Of a stretch of 64,000 bases of DNA, positions 9,217 to 18,827 are shown piece after piece. This DNA comes from Candidatus Pelearchaeum maunauluense (GTDB lineage: Archaea; Thermoproteota; Nitrososphaeria_A; Caldarchaeales; Caldarchaeaceae), in the NCBI GenBank assembly GCA_030059675.1, contig JANVYQ010000002.1, forward strand, positions 160,001-224,000, in the 5' to 3' direction. The notes below the pieces were generated by a model. That model was given only the letters and a program-made list of their open reading frames with translations, did not search any database and was not told the DNA's origin. Every line of letters begins with the position of its first letter. The first letter of the stretch is position 1. A program made the translations under genes and the position numbers.

Positions 9217-9988
9217 CCCCTAAATCCAGCCCCTCCAGTACTTTACTAAAAGTAACGGCGGAAGGTGAGTGCTTATACTTACGAAGTACCTCATTTAAAT
9301 CCCCTTTATGCTGAAACCCAAGTCCAAAACGCGACGTTACTAGCCTAATATAGGAAGCCAACTGTGTCACATTCCGAGGTTTTCTACGGATGGAAGAATG
9401 GCTAAAATCCACTATAACCGCATTACCCTCCTGAGTTACTATAACATGTTTTGAAGCATCACTTAGCTGGCCATGGTCCAAACCACCAATATCAAGAATA
9501 AAGCATTGAACTAAAAGATGACCGAATATTTGACGGAGCTTATTAAGTGGATGTTGTATTGATATGAATGAAGATAGGTTCTCTCCCTTAATGTATTCCA
9601 TTAATAATATATCGTCATTCCATTCTATGAGTTTAGGGCCTATACATAGCTTGTTGGCATGGGTTTGCATACTTGCTTCGTGCTGAAAACTTGATACTGA
9701 AGCATCTGTTCTCCTAAGCTTTACAACATGCTCAACACCGTTTGCTTTACATAGGAAGACAAGGCCTCTACCTCCTTTGCCTACTAATGTTGGCGAAAGT
9801 CTTCCCTTATCATCAGCATTAAGATACAACGCTTCAACACCCATAATGCGGAGCTTCTCAATACGTTCAATAATGGGCTTCCTAGAGCCATCAGGATAAG
9901 CCATTAACGAGAAATCAATATCATCAAGCTTATCTAAGGCTTCATCAATTTCCATTATTGTTCTTGGAGAAGGCTTGGACGACCACAT
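9194..9988 (-). CDS. RIO/Bud32-like Ser/Thr protein kinase
   Basis: GKGGRG, VVK, LMEYI, HGQLS and IVDF; follows cca. Confidence 0.75.
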   Translation of the reverse strand: MWSSKPSPRTIMEIDEALDKLDDIDFSLMAYPDGSRKPIIERIEKLRIMGVEALYLNADDKGRLSPTLVGKGGRGLVFLCKANGVEHVVKLRRTDASVSSFQHEASMQTHANKLCIGPKLIEWNDDILLMEYIKGENLSSFISIQHPLNKLRQIFGHLLVQCFILDIGGLDHGQLSDASKHVIVTQEGNAVIVDFSHSSIRRKPRNVTQLASYIRLVTSRFGLGFQHKGDLNEVLRKYKHSPSAVTFSKVLEGLDLGATTARSV

Positions 9989-11364
9989 AAAAATCTCCTC
10001 ACAAACGTCATTAGGTCTTTTTCCTCATTCACCAGCCTATACAACTCCTCAAGGTTTGTAATTATCTTACATTCATCAAATTCTTTCTTAAGACCGTGAG
10101 CTATCTTAATCTCACCGCTGGTTAGCATCTTCCTAAGTATTTCATCAACCTTCACTTCTTCACGACGCTTAACTACATACAACCTATCTCCCCATATCCA
10201 CGGACCAGCAACACTGGTTTTACTTCCTAAGTGCCTATCAATGAAGTTAAGCGCCTGCTCACGATAAACCTCTGGTCCTTGATGTAGATATATTCTGGGT
10301 AGCTCGTTACTTGCCAACTCATACATGATTACAGCTTTATTCTTCTCGTCACTCCAAACATCCCACCGCCAGACTTCAATTTTCTTATTTACTAATGCCC
10401 TCTCAATACCGCGGGCAGAGCTTTTCAGCTCACCCCAGATAACATCAGGAGGCTTATCTCTCTTCAGCGGTAGGAGAATAATGAGAAATGAACGGCCAGC
10501 AACTTCGCTAACGTTTATTATGTTATTGATTGTTATGAAGAATTTTATAGAAGGTTTTCTGGTAAAAAGCTTGGCTAATAGTATAAACTCTGCCAGCTTT
10601 TGGCGCGTTATTGCTGAAGCAACATTCCGCAAATAATCTACTGGGTCGGGAACTATTAGGGGGGAGTTTGGGAATAGTTTAAGTAATTCATTTCTAGTGG
10701 GCATGTCTTCTTCAATTCTAACAACTACTGGCGGTTTCCACCTTACTACACTATTGAGAAGGTTCTGTAGCGTTTCAAACTTGATTATGAGTAGCTCGCA
10801 TAGGTAGCCGCTGAAGCCTCCAATCCTTATCTCTGCTCCATATAGATTTGCAGCCTTGAGCAGCGCTTTAAGAAGCCTAACTTCATCACGCTGTCTAGCA
10901 GAGATGCGTGATTTAACATAAAGCGTGTGGTAAGGAGTTCTATCAACGGCAGATATTATCCGCGTGGGCTCCACATGATAGCATGGTACTATATTTATGC
11001 GCACATTATCTATGAAGCCCTCTACGTATGGATGCTCAGCATGTCTCAGTCTAAAGCTGCCTCCTAAACCCGTAATAACTCTACGGCCTGCTTCTAAAGC
11101 TTCCTTCTCCAGAATTTCGCGTTTAGTCTCAGGGCTATACTGTATAAATATGTCTATTTCAGGACTGTTACGAAGCCATGTCCCCTTGGCGAAAGAACCC
11201 TCAACACTTACGTTAATGATGTTGCTGCCCTTCAAAAATTCTCTAAGTGCCGCGCTAAGATCCTCAGCCAGCTCTGATAACTTAGCCTCCTCAGCAGAAC
11301 TAGGCTTAATACCCGACAAAACCTCTTCCAATACTCGCTGAATATCAGAGGACATTGCCACCAT
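9955..11364 (-). CDS. cca: CCA tRNA nucleotidyltransferase (archaeal class I)
   Basis: GSFAKGTWL...EIDIF, AEHPY, VDRTPYHT, GFSGYLCE and DPVD. Confidence 0.95.
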   Translation of the reverse strand: MVAMSSDIQRVLEEVLSGIKPSSAEEAKLSELAEDLSAALREFLKGSNIINVSVEGSFAKGTWLRNSPEIDIFIQYSPETKREILEKEALEAGRRVITGLGGSFRLRHAEHPYVEGFIDNVRINIVPCYHVEPTRIISAVDRTPYHTLYVKSRISARQRDEVRLLKALLKAANLYGAEIRIGGFSGYLCELLIIKFETLQNLLNSVVRWKPPVVVRIEEDMPTRNELLKLFPNSPLIVPDPVDYLRNVASAITRQKLAEFILLAKLFTRKPSIKFFITINNIINVSEVAGRSFLIILLPLKRDKPPDVIWGELKSSARGIERALVNKKIEVWRWDVWSDEKNKAVIMYELASNELPRIYLHQGPEVYREQALNFIDRHLGSKTSVAGPWIWGDRLYVVKRREEVKVDEILRKMLTSGEIKIAHGLKKEFDECKIITNLEELYRLVNEEKDLMTFVRRFLCGRPSLLQEQ

Positions 11365-11917
11365 GCTTTAGTAAATCCGAGTATATAGGCCCACTGGGCG
11401 TTAAGACGCTCTTCTTCAAGCATATGTATTCTATTTTCTGCGTTCCATAGTCTTCGGACTGGTGTTCTGAAATTAGCTGTATAAGCCTTTGCTTTTCTCT
11501 GACGCTCTTTACACGGGCTATTGTGAGGTGTGGTGTAAAACGTTCTTTTTGAAAGCCGAGATTTGCCAACCTTGTCTGGAGCTCCTCCCCCACCCGCGTG
11601 AGAGACCCGCTTTGGTCTTCAACCCCTATCCATACAACATTAACCCTTCCACCGCCTGGAAAATAGCCTAATCCACGTAGCCTAATCTCAAAGGTATTGA
11701 AACTAATGCTCCGCATAGCTTCTTTAACCTGCTCAATCTTTGACTGGGCGATTTCACCTAGAAATTTTAACGTGAGATGAAGATTCTCAGGTTCAACCAT
11801 CTTCATAACGGCTGTTCTAGATGATTCTAACATTCCTTGGGTAAGGCGGATTTTCTCCACTATTGATGGTTCATTTACATCCACTGCAACAAACGCTCTT
11901 ATTAGATTCTTTGACAA
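11345..11917 (-). CDS. thpR: RNA 2',3'-cyclic phosphodiesterase (2'-5' RNA ligase family)
   Basis: Two HxT motifs (LHLTL, PHLTI) and GPIY. Confidence 0.92.
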   Translation of the reverse strand: MSKNLIRAFVAVDVNEPSIVEKIRLTQGMLESSRTAVMKMVEPENLHLTLKFLGEIAQSKIEQVKEAMRSISFNTFEIRLRGLGYFPGGGRVNVVWIGVEDQSGSLTRVGEELQTRLANLGFQKERFTPHLTIARVKSVREKQRLIQLISEHQSEDYGTQKIEYICLKKSVLTPSGPIYSDLLKHGGNVL

Positions 11918-11921
11918 GCCT

Positions 11922-12605
11922 CTAACCCACCCTTATTCTAAGAGCTTTTTCCCTGCGCCTTATTAGGTCATTAGCTATTTTATCAGCGTTACCTTTGAGT
12001 GCTCCATCGCGGTTTTCAACCCATATAACCTTCTCAGGGTTCATGTTTTTAAATTCTTCATAGAGTTTCAGAGCCTTGTTCTGGAGTTGTGTATCCAGCT
12101 CATATGTAATGTCTGGCCGTTCTTGTTTTGCGCTGAGTCTTCTCAGTCGTGTCTCCTCATCTACTACTACGACAATATATGCGTCGGGTTTTATGAATAT
12201 TTTACTGCCTAGCTTCTCCACTAGGTTTAGAAAGTTTTTCAACTCAATGCTGCTTAATGGTGTGTTTGTTCTTTTTTCAATTAGGGCAAGCCCGTAGATG
12301 ATGGAGCATAGGTAATACCTGTCTATAAAGTAGAATGACGGCTTGTCATGTTCTATGGCGTTGGACATGGTTGTGCTGTCGTCTGATGTGTTGGCGAGAA
12401 ATAGGAACATCCTGGTTAAGGGGTCTATCATGGCCGAGTTTCCTACTATTTTTGCTATCCTGCCAGTGGCCGTGTCGCTGGGTGTCTTATAACGTCCTAC
12501 ACGATATCCTCTCTTCTCTAGAATCTTAGAAACCTCCTCAAGTAGGGTTGTCTTCCCAGCCCCATCTATCCCCTCCCAAACGACCACAAACGTGTAGCTA
12601 AGCAT
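11922..12605 (-). CDS. tmk: Thymidylate kinase family protein
   Basis: EGIDGAGKT P-loop and DRY motif. Confidence 0.8.
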   Translation of the reverse strand: MLSYTFVVVWEGIDGAGKTTLLEEVSKILEKRGYRVGRYKTPSDTATGRIAKIVGNSAMIDPLTRMFLFLANTSDDSTTMSNAIEHDKPSFYFIDRYYLCSIIYGLALIEKRTNTPLSSIELKNFLNLVEKLGSKIFIKPDAYIVVVVDEETRLRRLSAKQERPDITYELDTQLQNKALKLYEEFKNMNPEKVIWVENRDGALKGNADKIANDLIRRREKALRIRVG

Positions 12606-12710
12606 TCCCAGCGCAATAGCTGCGTGTCTCTATTAAGCATATACCCAGCATACCCAGCCAAACAAAAATTAATAGCGCACTAGATACAAGAATACTATGG
12701 TGATAGGTTA

Positions 12711-13130
12711 TTGCCCATAACGGTTAGGGTAAGAGATGTGATGGACCAAAACGTAATATCCGTAGAGGCGGATAAGAGCGTTAGCGATGCTATTAAAAAA
12801 ATGCTCCAATCAGGTGTATGGTCGTTGGTGGTTGAGAAAGATGGCCTCCCTATAGGTGTTGTAACGGAGAGAGATACTCTAAGGCGCTGTATAAGCAAGG
12901 GGCTAAATCCAGATAAAGTTAAGGTGGAGGAGATAATGAGCTCGCCTCTAATAACTATAGGGCCAGACGCCACTCTAGGCGAGGCTATGATGAGGATGGT
13001 TGAGAAGAAGATTAGGCGCTTATACGTCGTTGAACACGGTAAGATAATAGGAAGAATAACCCAGACAGGGCTCTTCGAGAATATGCTAAATATAATGATG
13101 GCACTTTCAACAGTGCCCTACCAGCTCTAG
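12711..13130 (+). CDS. CBS domain pair protein
   Basis: VRDVM...GVVTERD...VEEIMSSP...IIGRIT. Confidence 0.9.
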   Translation: MPITVRVRDVMDQNVISVEADKSVSDAIKKMLQSGVWSLVVEKDGLPIGVVTERDTLRRCISKGLNPDKVKVEEIMSSPLITIGPDATLGEAMMRMVEKKIRRLYVVEHGKIIGRITQTGLFENMLNIMMALSTVPYQL

Positions 13131-13547
13131 TGAGATGAGCGAACCGCGAAATAGATAAATGGATAAATTTAGCCTGTTAAGCTAGACAGTTCGGTATGGG
13201 AATAGCATTAGAGGTACCTTAGTTTAAGTTAAACGAACTCTTGACGGAATTAGAACGACTGGGTTGGAGCAGGTCTCCAAGTGGTGACGAAACGTATAGA
13301 GAGAAAGTGGTTGATAAGTGGATTTGGAGCGGTTTATACGAGCGTTCAGAAGGCTATATTATATATTCAAAAGTTATGTTGAAGGATATCAAGATGAGGA
13401 ATATGCGTCACATCACAGAAAGGGTGTTCGGTTGTTAGAGAATGAAGTCTTAAAAGTAGCTAACAAATTGGAGTTACGGATGATATCTAGCAGACTTTTA
13501 GATTAAATACCTTGTTAACACTATAATCGTAAATAAATCATCTCTCG

Positions 13548-13945
13548 TTAGCTTTTAGTACCTGCTACCTTCACTCCCCATATGCTCTCATACAGTTTGA
13601 CTATGGAGATATAATCTAGTTCGCTCAACCCCATGGCCTTGCACTCCGTGAAAAGGTCCCTTACAGTACTAGCTATAGGCGTAGGGAACCCTAGCTCCTC
13701 AGCTATCTCCATAGCTAGCTGTATGTCCTTGAGCGTCAGGTCCACTGTGAAGTGTCGTTTGAAATCGGCTTTCAGGACTTTCTCGCTCTTGTTCTCGATC
13801 ACATAGTTGTTAAAGACTGTCGTCTTCCATATGTCTATAGCTTTACCTGGGTCAACGTCTGCCTTAGCCATGAATGAGAGGATCTCTGCGAAGCTAGCTG
13901 CCATCATCCAAAGGTAAAGGTTCAACAAGATCTTGACTACTGAGT
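13548..13945 (-). pseudogene. C-terminal fragment of a 3-hydroxyisobutyrate/6-phosphogluconate dehydrogenase-family oxidoreductase
   Basis: K...N...AE, FTVDLTLKDIQLA and LDYIS; no N-terminal Rossmann domain; 5' edge approximate. Confidence 0.7.
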
Positions 13946-13980
13946 AAGAAGTTGTTGGCTTTGTAAGACGATGGAGTAGG

Positions 13981-14208
13981 GTGGCTACACAAGAGGTAGC
14001 GTCCCTGCTCGATATAACGAAGGATGAAGCGTATGAGATGCTGAAGTCGATAAGTAGCAAAGGTCTAGTTTATAGTATGAAAGCAGGAAACGATTACTTC
14101 TGGCTAGCAAAGATGAAAACATCCTGCGATCCTGAGAACGGGAGTATGCAACGCTCAGTTGTAGAAGGACCCCCTCCAGAGGCAAAGAACGAAGATCACC
14201 TAACGTAG
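13981..14208 (+). pseudogene. Winged-helix fragment
   Basis: ATQEVASLLDIT..EAYEMLKSI..KGLV...GNDYFW pattern; starts at the junction with the dehydrogenase fragment. Confidence 0.4.
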
Positions 14209-14235
14209 ATGATGCCGAAACCTAGAGGTGATAAC

Positions 14236-14587
14236 ATGTCAGTTCCATGGCCTCTAAACTACACAAAACAAAGGACGATGAAAATAACTACGAAAGGCAG
14301 GAAGACAAGAAAGCACCATACTGTAACAGTATGGTTCGGAGTTGACGACGAAGGAAGGCTGTTCGTGTCTTCTTTGAGGAATAGAGACTGGTTAAGAACA
14401 TATAGCTAACCCCGAGGTTGAGGTCACAATAAAAGGGATAACACGTAGGATTAGGGCCGTAGTGGCTGAATCCGAGGAGGATAAGCAGCTTATACGAAAT
14501 ATTTGGAGGAAGAAATATGGAATAATGGCTAGGATTATGCGGTTGCCTAGGGAAGATGGAATTAGCTTCGAGCTTAAGGAGGCGTAG
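14236..14587 (+). pseudogene. Frameshifted deazaflavin-dependent nitroreductase (split-barrel) family gene
   Basis: ITTKGRKT...VWF...DWLR, frameshift near 14400, then ANPEVEVTI...KKYG to TAG 14587. Confidence 0.7.
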
Positions 14588-14590
14588 CCC

Positions 14591-15166
14591 TTGCTCAGCT
14601 TCTGGGACATGGCATACCTAACAGGCCTAGCTCCGTGGGATAGCGGTGAACCGCTAAGAGAGCTAGTTGAAATGGTTAAAAGAGGAATGATAAAGCCATC
14701 TAAGGTACTAGATATAGGGTGCGGTACTGGGTCTAATGTGGTTTTTCTCGCCTCAAAGGGATTTGAGACACATGGGCTAGATATATCTAGGGTAGCCCTA
14801 GCGAAGGCCAGCAAGAGAGCAGCTGCTAAAGGCGTTAAATGCTTTCTCCACCATCTCGATTTCAGGGACGCAGATAAAGTCAGCAAATTAGGCGATTTCG
14901 ACCTAGCTATAGACGTTGGATGCTACCATAGTCTACCGAATGGAGCGGACAGGCTACGCTACATCAACTCGCTAAACAAGGTGCTGAGGAAAGGTGGAGA
15001 ATACTTCCTATGGTGTTTCGTGAGGGGTAAATCCTTTAGCTGGGGACCGCCAGGAGTATATGAGAATGAAATAGAACAGAACTATAGAGAACGCTATGAT
15101 ATACTTGAGAGTCACAGGATTAACACACCATTCAGAGATATGCTCTTTACCACATGCGTAAGGTGA
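14591..15166 (+). CDS. Class I SAM-dependent methyltransferase (TPMT-like)
   Basis: PWD, VLDIGCGTG and FDLAIDVGCYH. Confidence 0.85.
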   Translation: MLSFWDMAYLTGLAPWDSGEPLRELVEMVKRGMIKPSKVLDIGCGTGSNVVFLASKGFETHGLDISRVALAKASKRAAAKGVKCFLHHLDFRDADKVSKLGDFDLAIDVGCYHSLPNGADRLRYINSLNKVLRKGGEYFLWCFVRGKSFSWGPPGVYENEIEQNYRERYDILESHRINTPFRDMLFTTCVR

Positions 15167-15176
15167 GTTAGAATAG

Positions 15177-15863
15177 ATGAAGGTTACCGTCGAGTTCTTC
15201 CACGACGTGTTATGTGCTTAGTGTTATTGCCTATTTCCCCGCATGAGGAGAATAGTTGCTAAATTTCCTCAAGTTGAGGTAGTTCACAGGTGTTTTGCCC
15301 TGGCACCTGAGCCCGATAGCGTAGCGAGGATATTCGGTAGCAAGGAAAGGGGCAAGAAAGAGATAATGCGACATTGGAGGGCTGCAAATATGAACGACGA
15401 TGAGCATAGGATAAATGCGGACCTTATGGAGAGCAGAGAGTTTGACTATCCGTACTCTATGCCGGGTCTGAAGGCGTGTAAAGCAGCCGAAATCCACAGG
15501 GGGCAGTTAGGACACTGGGATATGTTCGACAGGGTACAGAAGGCCCATCTCACTGAGTGCAGTAACATATCGGAAACTAGAGTTCTAGTAAACTGCGCAA
15601 TTGATATAGGCCTAGACGTTAATAGGTTCGTTAACGACCTCAACAGCGAGAGAGTTAGTTACATGGTTTGGAGGGATATAGAGGAGGCTAGGAAGCTAAA
15701 TATATACGCCGTCCCAACCCCAGTTATAAACAGGAGATATATCGTACAAGGAGCAATTAACACGAGTATCTTAGAACTTATCTTTGAACAGCTCGTGGAG
15801 ACGGGTGAGGTGCTAACACCGTTCTCCGGCGTTGTAGCTATTTTAAAAGGTGGTAAGGCGTGA
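15177..15863 (+). pseudogene. DsbA/FrnE family thiol-disulfide oxidoreductase with an in-frame TAG in the CxxC motif
   Basis: MKVTVEFFHDVLCA*CY (TAG 15219-15221) in frame with ORF 15243..15863; cis-Pro motif AVPT. Confidence 0.8.
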
Positions 15864-16094
15864 CGCATTATCTAGCTAAAGCAAAGCCCATTAACGGTAA
15901 ATTCGACGAATTTTATTTGGATTTTTGTTTGATTGTTGTCAAGATGGGGAGACGAAAGACCTTTTAACCAGAAGAAGCATACTTCATTAGCAGCTAAGCC
16001 AAAGCCCTTCTAACGAGATAGTTGGGGAGGGCTTGATGGGAATAATATAGAATTATCCCAAAAAGGATTTGTCATAGAACTAGTTGCTATGTTA

Positions 16095-16587
16095 TCATAC
16101 TCCAATCCTCAGCATTACTACTAACAAGATAACTATTACGCCGAGGATTATGTTTATCTCCGACATTACTTTTATGTTCTTTTGAGCTTTCTGAGCGTAT
16201 TCAGGAGAAGCACCTTTAGCAAGCTTTAGACTCATCTTGGTTATAGCTAATCCGATTACAACCATAATTAGAAATATTGACATTTTAGCAAGTAATATTA
16301 AGCCATATGTGATTGTTAATAGGACACTGAGCGTCAGGGCACCCAATAATTAGCTTTAATTAAGCCCGTTATCGCTACAAGTATAATCGCTCCCCAGACT
16401 AGGGGCATGAAACGCTTCACAAGGGCCTGATTAATTAGTCTAGCTTGTTCTAGCGAACGATTACTAACTGGGTTAACCGGCTTAAGAGCCGGCTGTAAGA
16501 TCACATCAAAGAATATTGCACCATCCATCCAAAAATAACCGCTATCAGATGCAACCAGCCGAGTATTAGATTGATAAAATCGACCAA
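16095..16587 (-). pseudogene. CopD/DUF4149-like membrane protein, frameshifted
   Basis: WLHLIAV...GAIFF, LVAITG and YGLILLAKM pieces lie in three frames. Confidence 0.6.
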
Positions 16588-16619
16588 GCCTATCTCCTTA
16601 AGTGGTAAGTTTAGCAATG

Positions 16620-16860
16620 GTGGCTTCATCAACGAAGCATATGAACTCTGCGGAAAGTTATAAGCGCGTAATGGATTACTACGCATACGTAGCTAGAAAC
16701 GACTTGGCGGTAGTTACCGCACAAACCGATGTAAAAGGCGATAGGTCGAAAAGACCTCATGAGCAGGTAGACCCTGCTCTTTACTTAAAGGTAGATGAGG
16801 TCACCGATGAGGACATAGTGGTTTCAGGGGCCAGGGCTCACACGACCCAAAGCATTGCAG
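16620..16860 (+). pseudogene. Internal fragment of a 4-hydroxybutyryl-CoA dehydratase / HpaB family gene
   Basis: AQTDVKGDRSKRPHEQ.DP..Y...IVVSGARAHTT; no N- or C-terminus; edges approximate. Confidence 0.75.
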
Positions 16861-17450
16861 TGGATCTCAGGCGCGTTGCACTGATAAACGCAGCTAGAAA
16901 CTGTTATCTTATGCTTCCTCGGGAGATTCGAGTACTTCCTATTGCCGTATATGTAATTTGCTATTTCGTAAACTGTCGGTCTAGTATCGAACAACTCCTC
17001 CGGGTTTACTCCAGCTAACGGGTAGCCTGTTACATTTCTAACTACATCACCACACCCACCAGCGGTAGTCAGCCCACCCTCCGACAGAAGAGAGAAGACC
17101 TCAGGTACGTCCTCCATCCTTATCCAATGGAGCTGTATGTTCTGCCTATTCGCTATCTCCGCGTAACCCCTACCGAAGTGCTCCGATATCTCACCTATAA
17201 CCCGTGCCTGCTCTGGTTTCAGAATTCCGTTTGGTATCTTTATTCTCATCATGAAGTACCCTAACCTCGGCTTGTCGTGATAAAGTCCCCACCATTGAAG
17301 CCTCACCATGTCTTCTTCCGCTACAGCCTCGTAACCTCTCTCCATCAGCTCTAGAACTTCGTCTAAGACGTCTAAAGGGGGAACTTCTCGGCCTTCATTC
17401 TCTCTAGGGTTTCGCCTTATTACTTCCTCGTAGCTAGGCTCGCTAGACAT
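16855..17450 (-). pseudogene. N-terminal fragment of a ferredoxin-dependent sulfite/nitrite reductase
   Basis: WWGLY, FMMRIKIPNG, RQNIQLHWI, GDVVRN and LPRKHK; ends abruptly after PEIH. Confidence 0.8.
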
Positions 17451-17517
17451 GGCTTTTTAAATCACCTGTTACTGTCCCCCTATTATCTTTATATAAATCT
17501 AATCCAATAGCACTCTT

Positions 17518-17901
17518 ATTGTTATCAGGGTAGAGGCTCCAGTCTATTTAACCGAGGATGAAGAGAAGGTAGTTGAAGCAATAAAGAACATCTTTCCAAA
17601 ATTCAATATTTCCTCCACCCAATATGAAGATTTGACAATACTCCATGGAGAAGGAAGCGGCCGCGAGCTTTTGGAGAAGCTACGTATGGTTATACGGTCG
17701 CGACGGATAAGAGCAGCTGCGCGTTCCTTCATGATGCAGAGAATAGACGATGGTATTCTTGTTTTTCTCTTAAATAAGCAAGCCGCCTCTGTGGGAAAAG
17801 TATCATTCTGCGAAAACGCGCAAGAAACCCCATTAGGCGCGATTAAGGTTACTATAAAGGGCGAAGGATTACGCGACTTGGTTGAGTGGCTTACAGAATA
17901 A
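17518..17901 (+). CDS. RNA-binding protein COG1931/DUF54 family; probable leaderless ATT start
   Basis: Frame of ORF 17632 extends to VIRVEAPVYLTEDEEKV...NIFP; LNKQAASVG and PLGAI; TTTATATA at 17488-17495. Confidence 0.7.
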   Translation: MVIRVEAPVYLTEDEEKVVEAIKNIFPKFNISSTQYEDLTILHGEGSGRELLEKLRMVIRSRRIRAAARSFMMQRIDDGILVFLLNKQAASVGKVSFCENAQETPLGAIKVTIKGEGLRDLVEWLTE

Positions 17902-17903
17902 GA

Positions 17904-18827
17904 CTAATCTTCGGGATATGGGATGGAATAGCTCAGCAAATCCTCGGCTAGATAAGCATTAGAGAAAATGGTCCTTGCTTCTCTCACTAGTATCTCCGCA
18001 TCCTCCTCATATCGGGGGCTTATGTGATATAAGTAAAGCATTTTAACGCCTGCCCGTGCAGCGACTTCAGCTGCTTGCCGCGCAGTAGAATGCCCATCTT
18101 CAACCGCTTTTTTAACCATATCATCATTAAACGTAGAATCGTGAATAAGAACATCAGCTTCTTGAGCAGCATTAATGATAGACTCGCATGGCCGCGTATC
18201 GCCTGTATAGACTATTTTCCTACCACGCCTACGCGGACCTACGGCCTCTTCAGGAGTTATAATCCGCCCACCATAATTGATCGACTGACCGCGCTGAAGC
18301 CTACCCCATAGAGGCCCCCGCGGGATGCCAAGCTTCTCCAAATACTCGACATTCATCTTGCCAGGCCTATCCCTCTCCTGAACTACATAACAATAACTCT
18401 CGATAACATGATCCGCTGGAACGCATCTAATGCTCAAACCTCTTCTCTCGATTGTGAGGAAGGGTGAGACTGTATGGACTCTGACTGGAAATGTTAAAGC
18501 ACCTAGCCTATGCGATATTACAGTCTCTAGATATTCGGCCAATCCTCTGGGGCCGTAGATATCCACGGGCGCCTCGCGGTCTAGCATACCCATGGTGTAT
18601 AGAAGGCCGGGGAGACCTAGGACGTGGTCGCCGTGCATATGGGTTATGAAGATTGTGAAGTTTTGTTTAAAGCCTAATCTACTCTTTATGAATTGGCGTT
18701 GTGTCCCCTCTCCGCAGTCGAATAACATTACTCCACCCGCGTAGCGTATTGCGGTAGCTGGAAGGCCGCGTGAGGTTGTTGGCATACCTCCCCCTGTTCC
18801 GAGGAAGACTAAGCGCATTTCAGTCAT
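17904..18827 (-). CDS. rnz: Ribonuclease Z
   Basis: DCGEGTQRQ, THMHGDH, GP exosite, GDTRP, HST and HISPRY. Confidence 0.93.
   Translation of the reverse strand: MTEMRLVFLGTGGGMPTTSRGLPATAIRYAGGVMLFDCGEGTQRQFIKSRLGFKQNFTIFITHMHGDHVLGLPGLLYTMGMLDREAPVDIYGPRGLAEYLETVISHRLGALTFPVRVHTVSPFLTIERRGLSIRCVPADHVIESYCYVVQERDRPGKMNVEYLEKLGIPRGPLWGRLQRGQSINYGGRIITPEEAVGPRRRGRKIVYTGDTRPCESIINAAQEADVLIHDSTFNDDMVKKAVEDGHSTARQAAEVAARAGVKMLYLYHISPRYEEDAEILVREARTIFSNAYLAEDLLSYSIPYPED

Noticed and set aside
12631-12658. Short tandem repeat atacccagc x2
   Set aside because: Only two short copies in a promoter region; not a CRISPR or iteron array.
13241-13506. Two short overlapping ORFs at the island edge
   Set aside because: No recognisable motif; probably a decayed gene, and I cannot assign it.
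13548-17450. ORFs 13548..14060, 16602..17018 and 16824..17450 as full-length genes
   Set aside because: Each has a recognisable part joined to antisense read-through of its neighbour.
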